Source: Daphnia carinata (lineage: Eukaryota). Taken from it: 64,000 nt of DNA. The notes beneath the pieces were generated by a model. The model worked only from the letters and a program-made list of their open reading frames with translations. It was not told the origin of the DNA and did not search any database. This document shows, piece by piece, positions 40,477-52,187 of this stretch. Location of the stretch: positions 1,116,001-1,180,000 of the forward strand of contig NC_081333.1 in the NCBI RefSeq assembly GCF_022539665.2. The letters are read 5' to 3'. The first letter of the stretch is position 1; each line of letters opens with the position of its first letter. The position numbers and the translations under genes were made by a program.

Positions 40477-40922
40477 ATGGATTTATCTTATTTCATCAAC
40501 GGTAAAGGGTTGCTAGATAAACCTGCCATATTGATAGAGACATGAAACTCTTTATGTTTTTATAGCTAGAAGAATAAAAAAAACAAGTGACGGGAGATTC
40601 TCTGAAAATATTATAGCAAGAAGGACAGTACAATCACAAGGCTGGACCGAAGTGTGTGCCAACAAAACACGACGAAGGCTACGAGGACGTCTTCGACTGG
40701 ACCAACAATATACGAAAGGTGACTATTTTTACAAAAGATTAAGTTTTTCTTGCAAGAATAAATATCACTTGTAACCCTTCTGGTTTAATGCTAGAAAAAA
40801 GGTGGCAGCAGACGAATCCATACTATGTATTTTGCTATCAGTTGCAAAAACAATCAAAAACTTTAATTTATCATAGTGGAACCATGGGACATCGTGCTAT
40901 TATACTTGGTGAACGATGGTAG
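40477..40922 (+). CDS. Candidate small Arg/Lys-rich protein (~101 aa, 3 exons), unknown function
   Basis: Exons 40477-40501, 40566-40718, 40795-40922 joined by 64- and 76-nt GT-AG introns give an uninterrupted frame MDLSYFINARRIKKTSDGRFSENIIARR...KTRRRLRGRLRLDQQYTKEKRWQQTNPYYVFCYQLQKQSK...GERW. No family recognised. Confidence 0.4.
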
Positions 40923-43900
40923 GGCAGCCTGCAAAACACGTAAAGTAACATAATAATTTGTTTGTTTGTTTTCTGAAATTTGTAATTGTCTGTTTCTTGA
41001 AACTTACGACAGATTTCACATTGCTTCTCGTCTGTATTATCACCACATCCGTCCTGGCCTGTGCATAAAACCTGTAGATAGGAAAATTATATTACGCTTA
41101 CATTCCAATCACCCCTTATAGTTTTTCTCTTTTTAATTACAGCCGCACTTCTGCATCTTCCATTGCCGCATTTGACGGGGCAATACTCGTCGGACTTCTT
41201 TTTTCGATATTCCCGTTTGCATGCTTGTTCTGGCTCATCGCTACCATCACTACAGTCAACAATCGAATTGCAAAAAGCGTGTTCCGGTACGCAGGTTCCG
41301 TCGTTACATTTAAAACTGTTTCCTGGGCAATCTGGAGTTTGTAAAACGGTAAGTTACCCGTATCAGTTTTACCGGTTACAAGAGATATTATCTAATTCCT
41401 CTTTACCTTCGCCATCTTCTACCTGACATCGATCTTCGTCTGATCCGTCGGCACAATGTTGGATTCCATCGCAAATAAACATTCCCGATATGCAATGAGC
41501 TCCACAAGGAAAGGAGCCGGTTGGACAGGGACGTCGACGACAATCGATTTCATCAGAGGCATCCTCACAATCGGCATGCCCGTTACAAGTTAATGAACGG
41601 CTGATGCAACGTCCAGAAGACCTACACTGTTTATTTAAACCGGGCGCTGTTAATTAACCCTTTATTCTCGGACGAATACGGACGTTATTCGTGGAGCATA
41701 CCTGGAAGGTGAGGGGATGGCATCCAGTATTGTTTCTCCCGCATTGCGCTTCACCGGCGATACACTGGCAATAGCCGTCAATACAGCCGGAATTGAAATC
41801 AGCAGCTTGGCATTGAGCCCACGATGTACACGGCTGGCCGATGCTCGCTTTCTGGTTGAAATTAAGTTGGTTCTCGTTCAAACCTATTAATTAACATGTA
41901 AGATAAACATCCACATCCTTGCGATGCGTTTGAAAGAAACCTTTCAGGGTGGCAACACATCGGTTGTCGGTCCAACCGATAGTGAATCCGTAGTCACAAA
42001 CGCAGGTAGAATCGTGGCACAATGAATTTTTTATATGAGCTTTACATTCGGCAGAAGAGGAGCACCGTGAACCAATAGCTAAAAGGAAGAGAAACACACT
42101 GTGTCTTGTTTGAATAATATCGTTTATAATATATTAAGAGTACCCAATCGTGGCTTGATGCAACTTTGGCCAAAGTGTTCAGCTGTTTCGTCGCAATAAC
42201 AACGACCATACACATTTGGAATGATAAACTTGCAATAGGAATGTTTATCAGACAAACGGCATTGATCGTCACCGAAGCATTTGTGTCCCAAGCGTGCCGC
42301 TGTGCTCAGGTAAATATGGTTTCAATTTACTTTTAATCCTAAATAAATTTTTAATTCAAGTTACGCACGTGGAAGACAAAGATGACGACGATAAGGAGTA
42401 TAGCCCCTGCTACACTGGCACGTCCCATCTATGCATCCTGAATTGGGTACGCGTAAACTGCACTGAGAATTAGCAAAGCATTCAAATCCGAGTAAAGCAG
42501 CTGCAATCAGAGCAAAACGGTTAACGGTATGAGCCAATTATATTCTTTTATGATTCTTTTTATTTCAAAGCCTACTTGGAAGACAGGTTGTGGCATTTTG
42601 AGCCATGTGAAATGGCAGACATGTGCAGACGCCATGATGACAAACGCTGTCACGATTTCCACGACGGCAGGCGCCACTCGAAACACAAGCTTCTCCCAAG
42701 TAACGTGTACTGCTGATGTCGTTGTGCTCAAGTGTGTACCTTTCTGCCCTATTTGTTTGTCGTTCCACTAATTTTCCTTTGGACAGACCTACCTACAGGT
42801 AACAAACTTTTCTTACTTGCCCCATCATGTCAACCATGAATACGGAGCTTACATGGGAAAAATTATCATACTGAATTGCAATTTTTAAAAGTTGTTAAAA
42901 CGATTTAGTGTAAATGAAGGTTAAGATTAGTTGTAGCCTACATTTTCATATCTTGAATTTTTATATTCTAATGTATTACTCGCGTTTAGTTATGTTGTTC
43001 ACCGCTAGAGGGAACTTGCATTAAATGTTACGGCTTTTTCCCTCCAATTTCAACCGTCGTCTGCGCAATGCTCTTCGCAAAGCAACGACTTTAGCCATGT
43101 AAAAAGTACATTTATAGAGTGTTCTAACAGTCAATCATCAAATATTTAAAACCTAATTCCCTACAATCAGGTGAACAATTACTTCATTCGACTTCTAACG
43201 ACTGGGTAATGAGCTATAACCGGAATTAGATTCTTGTTGGTTTCAAGGACGCATATCAGGTCTGAGCATGATTTGAAATTTGTAAAAAAAAAAAAAAAAA
43301 ATCTGGAAGGTCATTTCCATGATTCAAGAGGTTCATTAAACCCTCAGAATGCTTTATGGTTGTTCATGTGTAACCATGCTGTTAAGGCTTAGATTTTTGA
43401 ATTCCAACGAGCCGTGGCAAGTTAGGCTACAAAAGAACGCACTACTGCAATGACTGGGAACTTTTTGGTGGTAGCACCCACCCCCCTCTTTACCTAGAGA
43501 AAAGAACAGCAAGGGCGTCGTTTTCTATTTATCTAAGTCTCGTTTTTAGCAAAGGAATCTTAGATAAACCCATTGTACTTGGATTATGCCTGAATCAAAT
43601 CGAGTTAAATTTATTTTTCTACCCAGATGCTGCTACGAGGAATAGAGGAACCTATTCAGCTTCGAATTCACGTGGTGCTCTGTAAGTTTTCTTCCTATTA
43701 CCTTCATAAATAATGAAAATGGAATAGATAAAGTCAGGTGGCGATAGAATGGCTAGCTTAATTTCTAGTTTACGAAAAAATTTAGTTCAGTTCGTACCAC
43801 ATAAGGAACAAAATTTCCACGTTATGGATTCTAATGAGAAACTAAGCTGGGAATATGTTATGCAAATCGCTGCAGTTGTGTAACTCAGTTAATTACAGTA

Positions 43901-44402
43901 ATTGAACAAATTGGGCATTTACTAGTTCACCGTTGCGTGTCCCAATTTGAAAAGAAAACCTACAGTAACGCGCAACAATGGTACGTGTTACAGTAAAGTG
44001 CACCGTAACGGGCTAAATGCTTTTGGAAATGATGTGAACCTTTAAAATCTATTCCTTTAGCAGAATGTTTAACTCGTCCCTGGCCTGTTGTAACTCAAAT
44101 CTGTAAACAATGACCCTACTATTTTGCAAACTACTAACGTAATCATTGACGTATGAACTTTGTCTTGTATCCTCAAGAGCTATTATCGAATGTCGGACAC
44201 AGTAAAGCACGTTAAATAGGATCTGTTCAGAATTGGTGAAAGGCTACCGTATCCAGAGCGCTAAGCATTTCCGAGAATAAAATAGAGAAGAACCGCTGAA
44301 TCCAAAGTCATTTAAGGTTACTTATGATGTGGTAGAAAAAACTCAGTTTATTTTAGAACTTACCGTCATCAATGTCAATACGAAGAAACTTTGTCCATTC
44401 AT
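40900..44402 (-). CDS. Secreted cysteine-rich protein: signal peptide + 5 EB-like modules + 4 LDL-receptor class A repeats, ~450 aa
   Basis: Exons 44402-44364, 43651-43623, 42748-42576, 42500-42369, 42299-42144, 42078-41941, 41883-41702, 41626-41407, 41331-41141, 41071-41008, 40928-40900 (1353 nt, phase-consistent). Signal peptide MNGQSFFVLTLMTVPLFLVAASG; LGxxCxxxxxC...SxCxxGxCxC modules; LDLa motifs DCEDASDE, HCADGSDE, DCSDGSDE, GCGDNTDE; no TM segment. Confidence 0.88.
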
Positions 44403-46392
44403 TTTCCGGAAATTTCCTGTAATATGAAAAAAAGAAATCTAGTTCAATCTTGAATTTGCACTTGCTGCACTGCAACAGTATTTTACTATTAATACGCATC
44501 AATTCATTTAGGATAAGTGGGCAAAGCAACGTCCCGTGCCATAAGATTTGTCTTCGTCAGACAGCATAAGGTCCGTTAAATCTAAAATTTCGAATAGCGT
44601 TCTAGCGAAGAATAACATTGCCTTATACGTCAAGATGTGCTTGAAAAAGTTCACGCGTTCAGTATGCTAGGGTGGCGGTAAACGTTAACGGGTTGACAAG
44701 TCAACAAAAACAAAAGGGCAAACGGTTTACACAGATCGAAAACGTTAAAAAAAATCTTTTTTGACGAAGTACCCTTGTTTGTCAACAATTGTAAAATTCA
44801 TGCTTGTAAAGAAAAATAAAGGAATCAGTATAGTTCACTCTTTGCGGTGAACATTATACGCAGAAAAAACAATGCTTCGGGTAACGGTTAAAAGATAATT
44901 CCACGTAAATGTTTGGCAGATTAACTCGACTTAATTAATTCATCGTGCAATCCCGTTACAAAGAAACAACGACACTCACACGGCTGTTTGAAAGCAATTT
45001 GCAATAAGAATCGACAGTTTTTATTCAGAGAAAAGGTATTTCGCGATTCAGATTAGATTTAAAGGCAGCAGTATTTCAGTTCTGCCGACGTGATTCTTCG
45101 GGTACGCATTGAATAGTATTATAGTGATGCGGCAAGCGCATCATGACTAATTATTTAGGTAGTACAGTCATCATTTTTTACACTGTCCTGGAGCTAATTT
45201 TGATTAGTTAATTATTAACTTCGAGCTTGCCTAACATATTTTCTCTTTGACTTGCCAAGGGCTTACGCAGAACTAGTAACATTTTCTAGGATCAAGAGCG
45301 TTAGATTTGGGAATAACTCTCACAGACGTTCTAGCTCATAAAAACATCTGTAAAAAGAGATTCAGAATCAAGTATGAAAATTAATATGAGTTACAACCGC
45401 CCAAAGATCGTAATAAAAAATTTGACAGCAGCAAATTTTCGAGATCCGCTTCTCTTTCCGTATCGTGCAGTCAGAATTACTAATTCTGTACCTTTGTAGT
45501 AAGCAAATAGGGTACCGTAAATACTAGATGCGCTTACTAAAGTTCCCGGAATGCATAAGTCACAAGCTAGATTGCTGATGAAAGAATCACATCTATGGGT
45601 ATACTCACAATGTTTGTAAGCAGAAAACAATGCAGCAACCAAAAGAATTTCACTTGAAAATGTCTTGCTGAGCCGTTCCCTGCAATCCACCGGTTAGGTT
45701 GAATAACAATGTCGCAGTGAGGGCACTAAGGTGTTCTGCACTTTACCTTTATCTGAGAACTGACTGAACGGTGTTGAAAAATCGCGTTCAGAAAACCATC
45801 AGAAGCATCCTGTTTTTCAAGCTTTTGAGAATCACATTGCTTGTAGTTTGCTTCATTTGCCTTTCTGCCCTACCTTCACGCTCTGTTGTAGCGTTAAAAA
45901 AAGAGGAAAAGCACACAGAGTGGAAAAAGTGACGGATCACGGCGCAATATCAACAAAAGGCCGTGCCACGCTACATGACTAGAAACCGTTCCAGCAGCCA
46001 CTTGAAAGCGTTTGATTCATGAGCAATCTTCAGCGACAAGGCAGAAATACTTTGTTGTACGCAAAAGGCTTATGCGTTTCTACAGATAATGGCTTTAAGC
46101 CGGACATAAAAAATCGCATTGAAATCGCTTTTACATTACCTTAAAGTATTAAACCGTGTCGCGTTAATTGCCAGTATTGAATCGAAAGCGATTATTTTTT
46201 CAAATACGGATTTAATTCCCGTGATTGGATAAAGAAAAAAACTAAGTCATGAAGTATGTGGCCATCATCAAGAGATTGCATTCCGCTATACACGAATGGC
46301 AAAAACGAAAAGAAAAGAAAAGAAAAAAAAGGAGAAAAAAAAAGGTTGCGCTGACAACTTCTAATGACATGCTAGTATCCTCCAGAACTGCC

Positions 46393-46433
46393 CGAATGGG
46401 GGTCATATTGCTGTACTATATGACCCCCATTCG
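46393..46433. repeat. Perfect 16-bp inverted repeat with 9-nt loop
   Basis: cgaatgggggtcatat-tgctgtact-atatgacccccattcg. Confidence 0.85.
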
Positions 46434-47919
46434 TGACATCAGCTGATAGCTCTTACCTTTATTCAGCCTTAGTGGATTTACAGGTAGGCCAATTCCATAC
46501 CACTTTGACCTTTCGAGTAGTAATTGCTTACAGGCTCTTGGACTAGCAATCCCATCATTGGGAGGGTTCCATACCCAGTCATTAGAAGTGCTGCTACAGT
46601 CAAGTGCCGCATGCAACTCTTAAATACCCATAGTTTTGATAACGAAACATGGGTGATAACGATGTGATGCAATTTCAGCATAAAATCGAATATAAAACTA
46701 TTTTACAAAACGATTACCCAATGTTTTATATGAACTTTGTAGGGAATAAAATGACGAATATGATTCGATGTTAATATGAGATGAAAAGTTATAAGAAATT
46801 TAAAAAAAACGAAATCGTGCAGAAAACCTCACGAGATGATACAACATGCTATGCAATCACTGTACTCACTGCCATCAAGGTGTATGCAGAATTAATTGCC
46901 ATTAAACTGCTACTTAAAAATTATATTTCTTTTTTGTAAATTTTAAATCCTGGTACTGTATCACGGTTAAGGCATTTTTATTTTTTCGTTAGTCGTGGCA
47001 CTTCTGTTTAAACTGAAGGAAGGGGTAAATGATACCCACTATTAATTCATAGTAATAAACATAGTATTCCTGATTTAACCATTAACGTCATTGAACCAGT
47101 GTCAGCGAGAAGCCGTGGGTCTGATTCATTAACATCAATGACGATTACCACTTGTTTTCGATCGCGGTTAGTGTTGTCGTGATTCATCTAGTTGCTGGGC
47201 CAAAGTGGACTAGCACACGATTTTTCGCTGATTATGGTACATTAAAATGCTTCGATTGTTATTAAAGAGTATTACAAATGATGTTTAAATAGGACCTATC
47301 TACTATTGAGGAATAATGTACGGGAAATCAGATTTTAGATTTTCTTTGTCGCAAAACCCGGTAAGGTACAATTTTTTTTTCTCTCTTTAATCTGGCCCCC
47401 GATTTGGCAATGTCCTATTTATACCCATCCTTCTAAAGTGCTTCCGTCATCAGTGTGACTGTAGGGCTTGTCAAGCAATCGTCATAGACTTTCGTCTCGA
47501 TCTTTTACCATTGGAACGTGCCCGTTTGGGTTTTCTTGGCACATTTCGATCATTGCTTTAAACTTCGAACCGCCATCTTGGCAATACTTTTGTCAAGATT
47601 TACCTTCTTGTACATTCTTGCCTAAAGAGCACGTTTTCAATCTGCACGAATGGCTTAGTCTCCTTTAGTACTGCGAATACCCAAACGTTCAGTGGCGTTT
47701 TTTTTATTGAAAAACGTTTTGTTAGGATAGTATCAATGAATCTTAACGTCAAGCAGCAATGTTCACCATGCATTGCTATGGCCTGCTTTGAAGTGTATTA
47801 TCTGATACTTCTTCGTAACTTAAAACAATAGGCTGTGTCGAACTTGAATTATCCTAAAGGGCAATACTCATCCATTTGTTACTATTCTTTAGGTGTTAAC
47901 TGGAGAAAAAAATGTTAAA

Positions 47920-48279
47920 ATGGAAAAGATAATAAAAGATAAGGATGGTAAGTACAAAGAATATTATATTAGTTTTCAATTATTAATTATTGTTTTTTAG
48001 CTCTAATTATGAACCTGCAGGCTCAATTATTGTTCGTAATCAGTCCATGCAGCGATGCAACTGGACAATTGTGGGATTGTATTTGGGCCAAAAATGGGTG
48101 TGGTACGGAAACCCAGAAATGGCACGAGTTCAACCTAAAACATGGATTAGGTACTTCCGGATTCTTTGTCTATTGAAAAAGTATTTTTAATGCTATTATT
48201 TTGCATTCACAGAATTTTAGCAGGTGGATCAAGTCAAGTCTGGAAGTGTTACAGGATGGAAGAATCAGCCTGTAGTTGA
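47920..48279 (+). pseudogene. Left-arm copy of an unknown spliced gene (internally deleted, probably degenerate)
   Basis: ATG exon 47920-47947 (MEKIIKDKD, G|gtaagt); exon 48001-48150 (ALIMNLQAQLLFVISPCSDATGQLWDCIWAKNGCGTETQKWHEFNLKHGL); the next exon, from ~48221, stops early and differs in frame from the right copy. Confidence 0.6.
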
Positions 48280-51200
48280 AAAAACACTGAGTGCATTACC
48301 GTTAAGGTGTGAGGTAAAGTAATAGAGTAATGCAAATTGTCTAATGAGAAGTACCATCTTGTGTTAATGAATCTGGTACAACAGCAATCCTTTATAGTTC
48401 TGTCACAGCTAGAAGCCTCAAATAATTCTGCCTCTCTGGCTAAACAACTTGTCCTTTACGTTCACAGTGTTGGTGAAACTGGGTACTTAAATGGCCTAAA
48501 GATGTTTTAATTTTGCTGCCGTAGCAGAGATGAACATCATACTTGGACTCTTTAGGTATGAAAGGAATTTTCTTCAAATAATTTTGAATTTATGACGAAG
48601 AATTTCTCTTCCTTTTTGCCAATCAGGTGTAATCTACAAAAATAATTTTATCCAATAGGAAAGGATTTTCATATACTGGGAACACAACTATCAACAATGC
48701 AACATTCTAGGGGTTTTATTTTATCATTCAAGAGCCTTATACAATGATTTTCATCTGCAATTTGTATGGCCTTTCCCAAGCTTCTGCTAGAAGTTGAATC
48801 TATGAGTCATGTAAGTCACATGAGCAACAATTGAGATGCTTAATGGTGTTTTTCTTTTCTCAGCATAGGTAAATAGTAACATTGGATCTGAAAAGATTCT
48901 TGGTTGGGGCATGACACTGAATAAATTGTAATGATTGAATGGATGACATGACATTTCTATACTTCATTCGGATTCCCGAGACGGTATTTTATATTTAAAA
49001 AATTGAAGTGCATATCTGGGCTCCCTTCCTTTCCGTAGCCCCGTTTCCCCTTGACTCGTAATAAGCCCGTAGGGGGTCATGCCCCTACTGTACGGTATAT
49101 ATAAAAACAACATATACCGAGGTTTGGAGGGCTCTGGCCGGAAAGGGGACGTGGATGTCCGCTTAGTCCGATGATGTGTTCACGGAGGGCTCTGTGGCTA
49201 CCCACAAATCCGAACTAAAGGTTAATCGCTCCTGTAAAAATGTTCCAAATCTTCAGCTCTTCTTCCGGCTTCTCTTAGCCAATCACCGGGTAATCTCCCC
49301 GGTGGGTCAACAAGGCAGTGTCTCCCCCTGCCTGGGTTGACGGCAACTTTTGAAAGGGCTATAGTGCCTTTTTAAAGTTGCAAAAATAATTGTAACGTGC
49401 AGAGAATTGTCAATAAATTTTTTTTTCATAAAATATTTTTTGCAAAATTTGTCTCTTTCATTGTCTTTGTTCGCTGTGTTCACACATTACATATATCGCC
49501 TTTTTTTTTTATTTAGCTTGCTCAATCAACCTATATTATTTTATGCCAACTTTGTTGTATCGTTTATCTGTGTATTCAATTATTATTATTATCGTTTATC
49601 TCTTGAACTTAGACATTCAACGTTATTATTTTCTGAAGATTTTGTAATTATATATTGTTTTACTGGATGTTCGATCCCCAGACATTCAGCGCAACGATGC
49701 TCTAACATTGAGCCATGAATATATTGTCAAATTTTTTTATCGCATATCATATGTTATCGTCTAGGACTGTTTACACTTTCATAAAACTAAATGCATTAAT
49801 GAAATATTGCTTTTCTTCATTTAGATGTAGATCTTTATACATCTAATAACTGTTTGACCCAGGGTAACAGTTATTGTATAAATGATCTACACAAATGACC
49901 TTAGAAAGCAATAGAAAGATAAACATATCAGTTTTGAAAGACTGTATAAACATCCTAGACGATAACATATGATATGATAATAAAAATTTAAATATATCTC
50001 ATGGCTCAATGTTAGAGCATCGGCGTTGCACGCTGAATGTCTGGGGATCGATCCATGCCAGTAAAACAATATATAATTACAAAATTACTTCAGAAAATAT
50101 CCAATTAATTGTTCCTTGTCTAAGTTCAAGATAAAAAGCGTAATAATAATAATTGAATATTTACAGATAAACGATACAACGGTGGCAAAAACAATGAACA
50201 TGAATTGAGCAAGCTAAATAAAAAAAAATTTGGTAATTGTAATGTGTGAACACAGCGAACAAAGACAATGAAAGAGACAAATTTTGCAAAAAATATTTTA
50301 TGAAAAAAAAATTTATTGACAATTCTCTGCACGTTACAATTATTTTTGCAACTTTAAAAAGGCACTATATCCCTTTCAAAAGTTGCCGTCAACCCAGGCA
50401 GGGGGAGACACTGCCTTGTTGACCCACCGGGGAGATTACCCGGTGATTGGCTAAGAGAAGCCGGAAGAAGAGCTGAAGATTTGGAACATTTTTACAGGAG
50501 CGATTAACCTTTAGTTCGGATTTGTGGGTAGCCACAGAGCCCTCCGTGAACACATCATCGGACTAAGCGGACATCCACGTCCCCTTTCCGGCCAGAGCCC
50601 TCCAAACCTCGGTATATGTTGTTTTTATATATACCGTACAGTAGGGGCATGACCCCCTACGGGCTTATTACGAGTCAAGGGGAAACGGGGCTACGGAAAG
50701 GAAGGGAGCCCAGATATGCACTTCAATTTTTTAAATATAAAATACCGTCTCGGGAATCCGAATGAAGTATAGAAATGTCATGTCATCCATTCAATCATTA
50801 CAATTTATTCAGTGTCATGCCCCAACCAAGAATCTTTTCAGATCCAATGTTACTATTAACCTATGCTGAGAAAAGAAAAACACCATTAAGCATCTCAATT
50901 GTTGCTCATGTGACTTACATGACTCATAGATTCAACTTCTAGCAGAAGCTTGGGAAAGGCCATACAAATTGCAGATGAAAATCATTGTATAAGGCTCTTG
51001 AATGATAAAATAAAACCCCTAGAATGTTGCATTGTTGATAGTTGTGTTCCCAGTATATGAAAATCCTTTCCTATTGGATAAAATTATTTTTGTAGATTAC
51101 ACCTGATTGGCAAAAAGGAAGAGAAATTCTTCGTCATAAATTCAAAATTATTTGAAGAAAATTCCTTTCATACCTAAAGAGTCCAAGTATGATGTTCATC

Positions 51201-51453
51201 TCTGCTACGGCAGCAAAATTAAAACATCTTTAGGCCATTTAAGTACCCAGTTTCACCAACACTGTGAACGTAAAGGACAAGTTGTTCTTTAGCAAGGGAA
51301 GCAGAATTATTTGAGGCTTCTAGCTATGACAGAACTATAAAGGATTGCTGTTATACAGGATTCATTCACACAAGATGGTACTTCTCATTAGACAATGTGC
51401 ATACTCTATTACTTTACCTCATACCTTAATGGTAATGCACTCTCAGCGTTTTT

Positions 51454-52187
51454 TCAACTGTAGGCTGACTCTTCCATCCTGTAACACTTCCAGACTTGAC
51501 TTGATCCCCTGCTAAAATTCTGTGAATGCAAAATAATAGCATTAAAAATACTTTTTCGATAGACAAAAAACCGAAAAGTACCTAATCCATGTTTCATGTT
51601 GAACTTGTGCCATTTCTGGGTTTCTGTACCACACCCATTTTCGGCCCAAATACAGTCCCACAATTGTTCAGTTCCTTCACTGCATGGGCTTATTACTAAC
51701 AATTCTTTTAGTGCAGCACTAACAGAATTTAACTTTAACACACTGTCAGGTAGTGGACTGAATAACTAAACAATAAATAATTGTTTTTTTTTAAATTCTA
51801 TACTTATTTTGAATTCTTATTTGAAAAGTTTAGGTACCTGGCTGTGTTCACCTAATGCCAACTCATCCTCAAGTTCAGTTAGGGATGAGTTTTGAAAAAC
51901 CTCCTTCACTATTTGGAAACTGTTTCGTTCCATTTTGTTCTTTTCTCCTAGCTGAGCTTGTAGACTCAAAATTTGAGCTACAAAACACGAATGAATAAAA
52001 GCAAATAAATAGAATCATTACGTATTAGGCCTACGATCCTTAGCTTTGTTGTTATCTAATATTTTGGGTTGTTCCAATAACTGGGCCTGCAGCTTCATAA
52101 TTTGATCTAATAAACAATAATTAATAATTGAAAACCAATATAATAATGTTTATACTTACCATTTTTTTGTTTTATTATCTTATCCAT
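51454..52187 (-). pseudogene. Right-arm copy of the same unknown spliced gene (longer version; 3' part frame-ambiguous)
   Basis: Phase-consistent exons 52187-52160, 52106-52035, 51977-51838, 51765-51582 encode MDKIIKQKNDQIMKLQAQLLEQPK...PQILSLQAQLGEKNK...LKELLVISPCSEGTEQLWDCIWAENGCGTETQKWHKFNMKHGL. Downstream exons show indels relative to the left copy. Confidence 0.62.

Noticed and set aside
42813..42840. ATG GTT GAC ATG ATG GGG CAA|gtaag as first exon of the EB/LDLa gene
   Set aside because: Phase 0 is incompatible with the phase-2 acceptor at 42748, and it gives no signal peptide. The 44402 and 43651 exons fit.
45391..45690. Possible LINE ORF2 C-terminal relic
   Set aside because: Only a vague Cys/His resemblance; no RT or endonuclease motifs seen.
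47420..47620. Possible ionotropic-receptor S2 fragment on the minus strand
   Set aside because: Short, interrupted by stops, and too weak to support without a search.
49304..49395. HDV-like ribozyme fold (gtcaac/gttgac as P1, then GG, a P4-like stem and GCAAA)
   Set aside because: P2 does not pair convincingly, and the competing aggcag/ctgcct stem favours a simple hairpin. An RNArobo descriptor search or cleavage assay would settle it.
50400..50720. RNase MRP/P RNA (ACGGGGCT motif)
   Set aside because: The partner CR-I motif GAAAGUCCCC was not found.
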